Assembly: GCA_051294375.1 (NCBI GenBank)
Contig: CM119266.1
Location: forward strand, 14,426,755 to 14,490,754
Source of the DNA: Paraspadella gotoi
Taxonomy: Eukaryota > Animalia > Chaetognatha
DNA length: 64,000 nt
Direction of reading: 5' to 3'
A program made the position numbers and the translations under genes. The notes under the pieces were generated by a model that ran no database searches, was not told the DNA's origin, and was given only the letters and a program-made list of their open reading frames with translations. Within the stretch, counting starts at the first letter, position 1, and each line of letters starts with the position of its first letter. Below are positions 1 through 10,972 of this stretch, piece by piece.

Positions 1-35
1 ACCTCAACGTTCGTTTGACTGAATCGGGCTCCAAC

Positions 36-2211
36 ATGACGTCTCTCCATCCGCGACTCCTCGGCCTCGGGTGTCCGATGATCGACGCGACGGTCGAAGA
101 CGTCGACCCCGAATTCTTCGTCGAGCGAAGCTTGAAGACGAATTCGACTCATCGGATGTCGAGGAGAGAAGTCGACGAGATAATCGAGGGATTTCGAGGT
201 CGAGTGAAGAATCGATCCGCAGAAATGCTTTTGTGAAATCAGGGATAACTATATCTCAAATCAGATAATATTCACTATTTTTCTAATACTAAACGGGATT
301 TTTAAATTCATTTGCATATTGCAGTGATTTTAATCGTACCCCATTGAAAATAACCAAGTTATCCTTTCGGCGGTTTTAGATCGAGAAACCATGCATTTAA
401 GAAAAAAAGGTATTTTTTGGTCGATTCCCTCCTAATTCTCTCGACAGCTTTGACTCGATTTATTGCAATGAAGACGAAAATCACTTCCTCACTATTTTAC
501 ACGAGACGGATAAGATCAGCAAAATTTTCACTTCATTGCCGGTCAAAGCATTTCTGTTTGTTTTTTTGTAAGTCGTGATGTTCGCCCCTGTTGCTTTACT
601 TCCCTCGTACTTCCAGCTCTCGGCCACCGAACGACCCTAACCTTTGGCGGCGCCACCGACAACGTCGTCCGCGGCGTTCAGCTTCTTTTATCCCGAAACG
701 CCGGCTCAATGAGTGGGAGGGAGACTGTTCTTCAAAGTCACGTCTCTTACGTGGGCTGCGTCGGCGACGACGATGACGGACGAGCGATCGAACGCAAGAT
801 GGCAAAAGAAGGGATAAGATCCGTTCTCAAGGTTTCCACGACGCAACGAACTGGTTTGTACGATGAAAAAAATAACCCTTTAAAAAACATATTGATAATA
901 TCAATTCCACGATAAGTTGATTCAGTTTCTATCAGCGGCTTGCTTGATTCTCCTGGCTAATGAAGCCTGTGGGTTAGCGACGACCGGAGATCCCAGCGAC
1001 ACCGACAGAAACCCCGACAACACCTCTACCTCCATCAGCCAAAAATCTCGCGCCCACAACCCAAGATGCCTCGTCACGAGCATCGGCGCCGCGGCAGAGA
1101 TAGATCAAGATTTTATCGGGTCGTCAGACGTCAAGCAGCTCGTCGACGGATGCTCGGTAAAAATTTGGAGGATTTAAACCTTAACTCCTCATTTCAAGTC
1201 CTAATAATCATTGATTTACCGAGCAGATGCTTTACCTGACCTCCTTCGTGCTCAACTGCTGCCCCGACGCCGTGGAATCCCTGATCAGCACCGCAAATTA
1301 CGAGTCTAAATTCGTCGTCTTCAATCTCGGCGCCGCATTCCTCTGTCGACTTCATCGGCGCCGCATTTACAGAATTCTGCCAAACGTTAGCCTTTTGTTC
1401 GGAAACGCGGAAGAGTTGGCGGCGTTAATGGAGGAGAATGAAGACGTAGAATCCACGCAAAACGAGGTTATCATTTTGCTAAGTTAAAAAGACTCTACTA
1501 TTACTATCTTTTACTTTGTTATCCTTTTTTTTTAATTTTTTTTTTAATTCTAGTACTTCTCTGCTTTTTTTGTCTTTCTCTTTCCTTTTCAATTTATTTT
1601 TGTGGTTTTGTTGTGGTTTTTATTTGTCACATTTTAATCACAACATTTAATCGCTAAACCGCCCGCCACCGCCTCTGTCAGGCGTCCGAGTTGCTGCGAT
1701 TAACGGAGTCGTTGCGACACCGTTTGAGGGTGTCGTCTAAAGACGGCGCCGCCAACGGCGTCGTCATCACTAACGGAGGCACGACGATTCGTCACCGGCG
1801 TCGGCCAATCACGGGCCAGGATTCGAGAAGTCGCCTCCGTCGACCCGAAACGCATCGTCGACACTAACGGAGCGGGTGACGATTTATTCGAAAGATACTC
1901 TTGAGGCAGTTTTGTATGGTTAAAATAAATAAACTACATTGAGATGACTAATTTAAATTAAATTTAATTTAATTTAATTTAAATTAAATTGATTTACATA
2001 ATCAACGTATTCGAGCTCAATGACGTCGCTTTCAGGCGACGCGTTCGTCGCGGGATTTCTTGCACAACTTATGAAGACGACTACAACAACAACGACGAAG
2101 GAATCTGCGGTGTCAGAGACCAACTTCGACGAGTGTGTCGAAAAAGGAAAAGAGTTCGCTGCTGTCGTCGTTCAACGTCGCGGGTTCAGACATCGATTAA
2201 TTATTCGCTGA
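36..2211 (+). CDS. ADK: Adenosine kinase-like PfkB family carbohydrate kinase (6 exons; apparent +1 frameshift near 1781-1790)
   Basis: Spliced translation gives LLGLGCPMID, GGATDNVVRG, YVGCVGDDDDG, RCLVTSIGAA, FNLGAAF, LLFGNAEE (NxxE), VVITNG and IVDTNGA|GDAFVAGFLAQL (PfkB anion-hole signature). GT-AG introns. Confidence 0.85.
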
Positions 2212-2584
2212 ATCTGTTTTTTCTAGTGTACTCACAAGCTTCACGAATTTATTTCAGAATATAATTACGACACGACAGGATATTCGATGGGAAGTTAGAA
2301 CTTAGAATATCATGTTCATGTTAGACGTACGTAAAGGTTGTGCTCACGAAATAAGAGTAAATGGCAGTAGCAATAAATAAGGACAGAATTACAATAATAC
2401 AATAATAGCTTTACGATTACATTAACTGTGCTTTCTGAACGAAAAGCGTCTCGTAATTGATCTCGTAACTGCATGGCGTGATGAATCTTGAAAGGCAATG
2501 GAATGGTTCGTAGCGAATCTAGCATCTTCCTTACTAATTGTTTTCCACAACACGTGGGCTGGAAAAGCTCGTCCGCGGGATCAC

Positions 2585-2899
2585 TCAAGCGTCCGAGTTA
2601 TTAAAGTCGATGATCCACGTGTTTCTCCCTTCCTCCTTCTCTCTCCCTCTCTCCTTTCCTCCCATTCTCCCTCTCTCCACGCCCTCGTGCTCGTCTTCCG
2701 TCCACGGGTCCTTCCACGGTTCCGCCCACGGATCCGACCAGGCGGCGTCGTCGTCGTCGATGTCGCCGCGTCGTCTCTTCGCTTCCAGCGTCTCGTCCGT
2801 CGATCGACTCCAGCGCCGCGCGAATTTGAAGCAGAAAACGGCGCAACAAAAGAGCAACAGTAGAAACAAGGCCAGCGCCCCGATCATCCACGTCTCCAT
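2585..2899 (-). CDS. Small single-pass membrane protein, possibly one exon of a spliced gene
   Basis: ORF METWMIGALALFLLLLFCCAVFCFKFARR has a hydrophobic helix, Cys pair and basic stop-transfer residues, then an acidic tail with WSDPWAEPWKDPW. A competing + strand ORF exists. Confidence 0.4.
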   Translation of the reverse strand: METWMIGALALFLLLLFCCAVFCFKFARRWSRSTDETLEAKRRRGDIDDDDAAWSDPWAEPWKDPWTEDEHEGVERGRMGGKERGREKEEGRNTWIIDFNNSDA

Positions 2900-3872
2900 G
2901 ATCCTATGAGTTTTTAGTTGTTGCAGAAAAATAATAAGAGCTTAGTTTTTGTTTTTCTGTTTTTGTATTTCTCGTTTTACAAGTTTTTTTTTCAGATTTT
3001 AGTTCAAGTGTCTGTTTAAGAATAACGTTTAATAAGATCCAAAGAAATTTTTTTGGGGGGGTTTCTTGTTTTTTTTGTTTTGTTTCTTGTTTTTAAAAAT
3101 CCTTTAGACTGATTTATATTCTGCTTTTATCCCAAATTTAAAAAAAACTTTCGGCCCAAAAAATTGAAAGTCATCATCGAGTCTTTTTTCGGTTTTCCAC
3201 CTTTTTTTTCTCTCTCGATTCAGGCCAGATACTACGGAACGCCTGAGCAGCGACGGAGATGCCGAGGCTGTCGCCGCGGCTGCTGCATCCGCTGTGGACC
3301 CTGACGCCGCGGCGAAGGAGTAGGTGGCTGTCGGAGAACGTTACTTAGGAAAACATAAGCCGCGAAAAGATTTCTTTAAAAGGGAGGAGCTCAAGAGTTG
3401 GAAGGAAAAGTTTCACAAGTAAATTAAACAAATGATCGACCGAAAAGAAAAAAAAGATTCTTGGTCGAAAAGAGAAAGCGGGGATTATATTTTAAAGTTT
3501 ATTTCATTGACATTGATAAAAAAAATAAACATGCAGTAAAAACGGAGAGTAACATGTTTGAATAAAATTGCAAATAAATGAATATTAATATTCATTAATA
3601 GCTGCTATCGGTGTTAGTCGTCCCTTTTCACAATTTAAAAGAAAAATATTGGCCGGACTGACATTGCACTTTGAACATAGTTAATTTGTATAATCCGATT
3701 ACATTAAAAATATTAAAAAAAAAGCCTGTCCCTACCCACAATAATTTTCTAATCTACATAAACATCATTCATGATTATCGTTAATACTTGATATACATAA
3801 CAGAAAATTAACATATGAGCCAAAAATCTTTCCTGATGGACACTGCGAAATTGAGACTCATTTTTTGACTCG

Positions 3873-5243
3873 TCATCCCTGGACAGTTTGGACTTGATTG
3901 CCGCTGATACGACGACGTCCGCACACGAAGCAGACGATGAAGAGTTCGAAGACGGTCATGATCGACATCCCGCACCAGAGGCCAAGTTGCCCGCCGATCT
4001 CGCCGATCAGATCTTCGGGCAGCTTGGCCGGGCTTTCCACCACGCGAGTCTCGTGCATATCTGATCGGGAAATAAATATTTACGGCCATCTTAATTTTCT
4101 CATGGACAATGGATATGTTTATTTTTTTCAGTAACATTTCTCGAGACCGGCTTAAGCACATAGATCGAAACATTACCCGCGTAAAATATGTTAATGACGG
4201 CGACGGAAAATTTCGTAAAATTGTTGGCTTTGCTCAAGTAGTCGAACTTTTCCTGCTCTAAAATCGGCGGAATGGGTTCAGTCAAGATCTCCTGTCGCCA
4301 TGATTCCGAGAAGCACGCCGGTTGGCATATCTTTTCACACGTCGGCATCACCTCGAATCTAATTTCAATAATTTTATAGATATTTTTGCCTAATTTTAAC
4401 AATTTGATGCAAAGAAAAACGGCTCTTATCACTCTTTCTATAATTTTTATTTTTTCCCAATTTTCCCCCTTTTTAGTTACGCCGCGAGTACTCGCGGATC
4501 AACTCTATAATTCACTTTTCGGTCGGTCTGTCGGTCGGTATGTCTGTCCGTCGGTTTGTCCCACTTACGTTAAAAATGTATATAATTTGTCCATAATCGG
4601 TTGCTCATTTGTTGAGACATGAAAAAACCTCAAATCTAAGGAAATCCTAAAATTATAAAGAATAAAAGACGGAATTTCGATGCAGTGCACGTCATAAATA
4701 CAAGGGCAGTGAAAGTTTTTTAGTCATGTCATGTGATCAAAGGGAAATACATGTCAAAATAAAGTCACTGCGGCGCAACACATTCGAATCAGCGTTCTTG
4801 TTTTTTTATTTCTTTCTCTCATTCTTTCGTTTATTTTGACTTACAGGCCCTCCAACATTTCTTCGTACTCGCAAGCTCGAACGCCGCTGTAAATCTCTCC
4901 GAGAGACACCGCTTCTTCGTACAAGAAGACAAGACAAGCGAATTTCTCTAAAACGAACTTCAACAGGCACAAAATGTTGCAAGTCTCCAGCGAATAAACT
5001 TTTTTGCGATGGATGACGCTCATATTCCTCAGCTCCTTTGGATATTCGGAGGTGCAGTTGCTCCAAGGAAATTGGGTCACTTTCTGAAGGGACTCTTTTT
5101 TGAGAGCGATTTGCACTGACTGTCCCAGGCCGATGTCTCTTCCGTTTTCAGCGATTCGAAAATCCCCTTTGGGTCTGGTGAAAATTGTGCAGACTATTAA
5201 ATGATGGAATGGTCAGAGACGATTCTTTCTTTCTTTCTTTCTT

Positions 5244-5324
<81 letters not shown>

Positions 5325-7026
5325 CGCTTACCCAGTGAGCATTATTCTAAAACCACTCCACGTTGAAAGAATATCGAATACGTCTATAAAATTATAATCA
5401 GCCGTGACCGCGATGATTTTGATTCCATCGGAGGCTCCGGGTGAATGAGCGACGGCTGTCTGCGGTTATTTTAAATTGGAAAAATATCAAAATGTGATAA
5501 TTAACCCGACAGCGCTTATCTAGAATGTGTTTATAGTACGAAAATCAATTCCTAGTATTTCAAAGTAGCTTTTGAAGATATTTTTTTGCAACAACGACCT
5601 AATGCACGCGATCCCACTATTTAAATTTATTTTTGGCTCTCTCGCGAGATAAATATCAGTCCTGCACAAACCAGTTCCCTTGTGATTTTCACCTGATTCA
5701 TGTTGAACCGAAAGCAGCTGCCGTAAAAGGCGTGCGGTGTGACTTCCCATTCTTCGCATATTTTTTCCGAAATGTAGTTGAAGGCGAAAGATTTGGCCAT
5801 CTGGTAAGTGTGGATGACGAGGGTTTCCTCGCAAGTCCAAGATAGTTGAGAATGGATTTCGGGATGAAAGTGGAAAAGGTGTGACATGAAGTAGTGGGGA
5901 TTAAGATGAAGCCTCCTGTTGTAAGGATTATTGCTTCTCTATCAATTTGGTGGACGACGTTATTACAAGTAGGCAGCTCACTTTGTAACAAATGATTCCT
6001 ACCTATCGTTTAAATATCTACTTATCTTTAATATAATATAATATAATATAATATAATATTATGAAATTGGTACAACCAATATAAAAATTATCCATTCATT
6101 TAATAAATAAGCTATCTTGCCCCTGACTTTGGACAGGCTTTGGTGGTTTAAGGCCTCCATCACTCTTACAAGATAATGACATAGCAGGTCCCTGCAAGCT
6201 TTCAATCAAGACTCTCTCACAGTCTCGTTTATTCACTCCATTTATTAACCCATTTTAAAACTCCCCTTTCTCCGCCATGAAGCAACATGTCCGCGGCTTC
6301 ATTGACAAAGTACAAAGCGTCGTTTGGATATCTCGCCCAAGTCTCGTTGTCTTTCGTGGCTTCGTAGAAATGGAGAAACTCGATAAATTCTTTCTTCTTG
6401 AAGGGCGACTTTGGGCAGATGGTGACGACTGGGAGGGCGGGGCGTCGAAGATTCGCCCGCTCCATTCGTGTATTGACTTCGAAGGCGAGGAAACCCAACA
6501 GAGATTGCTTTTAATATAGAAAAAATGTCGCTATTTAAATAAAGCGAAAATATAATAATTTGATAACATAATTTACTATTTTTTTTGTGTTTGTATTTTA
6601 AATAAAAACGTAATTTTTGAAAACGACCCAAGGCCGTAAACAGAACAAGAAACACAAAGCGGGCGACAAGCTGTCAGAACGATACCAAGAAAGGCAGACA
6701 AACATAGAAATCATCAATAGATGAGTAAACAAATTGTCCTATCTAGAAGATAATGAGTGCTCACCAACAAATGTAAAAAGGGATATTTGAACATTCAATA
6801 TCGACAATATTTTTTAAATTAAAACATGAATTACCCTGATAAAGAGAACCATCGGCACCAACATGGCGATTGTGAAGACCAACCAAAAGAACCAAGCGAT
6901 CGAGCTTGTGGCTTCGCTCATGTGAGCGAGACCGTGATGACTGAAGGAGAATTCGCTCGACTGACATCGCATGGTCGTCTTCTCCGCCGTCTTTTGTTTT
7001 GGATCGGAAAACTTGTCTTGCGCCAT
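3873..7026 (-). CDS. DEG/ENaC (amiloride-sensitive, ASIC-related) channel subunit, tandem copy 1
   Basis: Pre-TM1 HG motif (SHHGLAH), TM1 WFFWLVFTIAML, post-TM1 LPVVTICP, YGSCFRFN, Cys-rich thumb, TM2 EIGGQLGLWCGMSIMTVFE (GxS filter). 7 exons. Confidence 0.92.
4470..4807 (+). mobile_element. DINE-1/Helentron-associated-like non-autonomous element in an ENaC intron
   Basis: Starts TTTTTAG, palindrome CCGCGAGTACTCGCGG, (GTCG/GTCT)n microsatellite, ends CTTGTTTTTTT. Layout resembles HINE/DINE elements. Confidence 0.5.
5247..5321. repeat. (CT)n/(GA)n microsatellite
   Basis: Perfect dinucleotide run just inside an ENaC intron donor. Confidence 0.95.
6062..6190 (-). mobile_element. Dispersed repeat with terminal stem-loop ATTGGT-TGT-ACCAAT (long copy A)
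   Basis: Nearly identical reverse complement of 8014-8142; flanked by an (ATATA)n tail. Confidence 0.75.
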
Positions 7027-7760
7027 TCCAATACGAGCGCTCTTGTGTCCAAAGGCCGCAAAGTTTGGGAGCTATTGATTTTTTTTTTCCCCCTTTTTTT
7101 ATTATTTGGTTTGTTTGTTTGGATATCAGGTGTCACGAGACACTTTATTCAATAAGTGGGTTCTATATTGAATAACCCAGGGTACGAAAAACTATTATTA
7201 GTGGAGTTTTATGAGTTTCCATAGGCGGAAATATAATTTAAGGGTTGAAATGGCGATCTATTACGCTTTTTTGGTCATAGCCAAACTGACCAAAACACTC
7301 GATATGGAATCCTTCGTATGCTCATTAAAATTTTATCTTCTTTGCGTGCCGAGGTGTACCTGAGATAATTTTTCATCTTTATTTTTTTACTCAGGCAACA
7401 ATTTTTTAGTTCAAGGATATTATTAATGAATATTTTTGAAATAAAGTGTTCAAAGCGTTTAGAAAACCAAAATATACATAAATTACTTACAATTCATTAC
7501 GAAAAAAATGAAAATAAAACTATAGAAGTTATTTTATTCATGGCGAATATTTGTAAAAAATCGTACAGCAGTTTCGTTAGATTCTTACGCATCATTGTCA
7601 TTGAATCGGTAAGAGATTCGAAATTAAAAACGAGTCTTACCAGTTTAGCCGCAAGATTCAGCGTTTTACAATGTCATTTATTCCGTCATAATAAAGGTAA
7701 AAAATTAAAAATAGTATTGTATATATACTTATGTATTATATATAATGAATAAATTACTTC

Positions 7761-10119
7761 TCAAGGCATCCCCTTAAATTCCTCCACCCGCGAGTCGGAA
7801 ATCCGGCGACGCCCACAAAAGGAGCAGATGACGATGAGTTCGAAGACGGTCATGATCGACATCCCGCACCAGAGGCCAAGTTGCCCTCCAATTTCGCCGA
7901 TCAGATCTTCGGGCAGCTTGGCCGGGCTCTCCACCACGCGAGTCTCGTGCATATCTAAAATAGGTTCATTAAAAATAAACGAGTAATTACAGAGTAATTA
8001 CAGTATAGGCAGTGACCTGCTATGTCATTATTTTGTAAGAGTGATGGAGGCCTTAAACCACCAAAGCCTGTCCAAAGTCAGGGGCAAGATAGCTTATTTA
8101 TTAAATGAATGGATAATTTTTATATTGGTTGTACCAATTTCATAATATTTTGTATATTCAAAACAAAGATTATTTTACCTTCAATTCTCCTGTTTTCAGT
8201 AATCAATTATTAGATGCATATATATTTCATATTTGAAACTATACATACTAAGCGTCATTGAAACTCACCAGCGTAAAAGATATTGATGACAGAAAAGGAT
8301 AATTTGTCGAAACCAAACTCATCCTTCATGAATTCGTACTTTTTCTTTTCGAGCACCGGAGGAATGGGTTCCGTTATGACTTCTTGGCGCCATATTTCCC
8401 TGGTGCATTCTGGTTTGCAGATGGCGTCGCACTTCTCCTTCGCATTGTACCTTTGAAAACAATGTTCAAATGATAATAATTGTAGGTACAACCGAATAAT
8501 AATAACTATCAGTTGAACTCACGTAACGTCAATCGCTTCCATCACGCGACAGGGTCGAACGTTTTCGAATATTTCCCCCAGGGAGACTTGATCCACGACG
8601 GGGTAAGGAAAGCAAGAAGCCATGCTCATTACCTCACGGAGGTAGCACAGTGCCAAGCAGCTTCCCTTGGAATAGTACGATTTGCGCAGCTTGACCCGGA
8701 AATCTTGAAGGTCTTCAGGATAGTCGGACATACAATCGGACCAGGCGTTCTTCGTCGTCTTAAAGAGAGTCTCTTTCTTGAGGGCGATCTGAATGGTTTG
8801 GCCCAGAGCCAAGTCGCGCCCGTCTTCCATCGTACGCAAATCCGACTCGTTACTGGGGAAGACAAATTATGGAAGTATGTCGGTATGTCGGTACAATTTA
8901 TCATTAGTTAGCTGGGTATCAGTGAGGCGAAAATCCTACCCAGTCAGCAAAATTCTAAACCCGCTCCAAGTGGACAAATAGTCGAAGACGTCGACAAAAT
9001 CGTCTTCACTCATGTAGGCGCCGATCTTGATTCCGTGAATTGCTCCGGGAACGTACGAGACGGCTTCCTATATACATTTTTTTTTTATGAAATTGGTACA
9101 ACCAATATAATATATATTTGAGAGCAGTTTGACACTGGTTTGGCTGCTTCGTGAGAAAATACTACTTCAAAAATTCGTTTACAAAACTTAACTATCAATA
9201 TTCTATTCAACCTGATTCATGTTAAACCGGAAGCAATTTCCGTAGTACGCGTTGGGAAACGTCTCCCAAAGCTCGCAAACTTGACTTTCTCTTCTCACGG
9301 GAGCGTCGGCTCTCATGTAGAAAAGCTTAACGATCGTCTCCTCGCAGGTCCACGAGAGATTGGCGTGGATCGCGGGATGAAAGTGGAAGAGATGCGCCAA
9401 AAACATCGCCGGATCGAGGTAGGGGTTTCTGATATGGAAATTAATTAATCAAAATAAGAGCAGATTCCAAACCCACCGACCGTACGGGCGCACCTCGGTT
9501 TCCCCCGAAGCAACATCGCGGCGGCGCCCTCGATAAACTCCATGGCCTCCGCGGGAAACTTCTTCCACATCGTGGCGTTGTGGTCCGCCTCGTACTTCTT
9601 GAGCAAATGCTCAAAGGGTTCGGCCTTGAAGGGCGTCTTGGGGCAAAATGTGATGACCGGAAGGGCGGGCCGCTTCATTTCGACACGCTCGAATCGCGTG
9701 TTGACGTCGAAGGCAAGAAAAGCCGACATGGAATTCTTGATTGGGTAGAAAGTGATTAGCAATGAACGTTTAGTTTGGTTTTATAAGGCCGTCCATGTTT
9801 TTTGTTAAAGAAACTCCGCATATCTCATAACATAGCCGCGCCAAATTTTTGGTCACAGATAGACTTATCTACTAGGATTTGACCTTTTAATGATCAGTGG
9901 TAGTCATGAGTTTGCACTTACATAAATGAACCAAACCATAGGCACAAGCATGATGAGCGTGAAGAAAAACCAGAAAAACCAGGCGACTGGACTTTGAGCT
10001 TCGTTCATGTGAGCGAGTCCGTGATGTCCGAACGAAAAGTCGCGCATCTGCCATTGCGCCACTCGAAGACCTGACAAGTTATGTTTCGCTGTCGAGTCCG
10101 ATAATTTATCTTGCGTCAT
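7761..10119 (-). CDS. DEG/ENaC channel subunit, tandem copy 2
   Basis: GHHGLAH, TM1 WFFWFFFTLIML, LPVITFCP, YGNCFRFN, YSKGSCLALC, TM2 EIGGQLGLWCGMSIMTVFE. Same 7-exon layout as copy 1. Confidence 0.93.
8014..8142 (+). mobile_element. Dispersed repeat with terminal stem-loop (long copy B); short copies at 9088-9110, 35052-35084, 40588-40617, 61994-62014
   Basis: Six occurrences of TGAAATTGGTACAACCAATAT or its reverse complement, with one sharp common boundary. Confidence 0.75.
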
Positions 10120-10324
10120 GTTTCACCAATTTCCGTTTTGGCTACGTGTTGATTTTTTTTTTGTTCTCGTTTTTTTTATAAATAGTTTTTTCTCGTTACA
10201 TTATTTTTTATTCTTTATATATAAGTTTTTTTTGTTTAATTGCATGATAAAAAGAGCTTTTCGTGTCTAAGTCGATGATAATGATGACTGGGACTGGGAC
10301 TGGAACTGGAATCGCTTTTATCGA

Positions 10325-10355
<31 letters not shown>

Positions 10356-10972
10356 TTAATAATCTCCCTTTCTCTTTCTTTACTCTCTCTATCTCTATCG
10401 CGTTGAATTCGAGATCTTTCATGGAAGATTCATCATTACAAATACATCCTGAAGCGGCATCTTAGAACCGTGTCTCGGCTTTAATTACGACTACTCTGGA
10501 GTTCCGGTTTTGTTTTGTTCATTTATTCCGATCCTTCATGACAGGAAATCGAAGACTAAGTTATTAATTGATTTCAAAAATTCTTAATTATTCTTGGGTC
10601 ATTCCCCCCAAATCTTTGCCTTGTTTATTCTACATATTTCGTTTAAGACTATTTTAACTTTTTAATTTAAGGTTTATTTAATTTTAGCTGCATTAACCGC
10701 TTCATATTTAATTTTATCAAATAACTGGAGAGTAAGAAAGAACGATGTATTTGATACAGCGAATTAAAAACGAAAACTATGTAATAATAATTTCTCTCGC
10801 TAGTATAAGAAAAAATCGGTTCAAACATTGCGAGCCAAAGCGAAGGGTTTTGAAGGAAGTTTTTTTCATCAAAAAGTTTGCGTTTCTGGTTATAACAAGA
10901 AATGCCAGCGGGCTCAGCCGGGGTGTCGCCCGCCCGTGCACGACCGTCGCTTCCCGAACGCCTGATCAGCGA

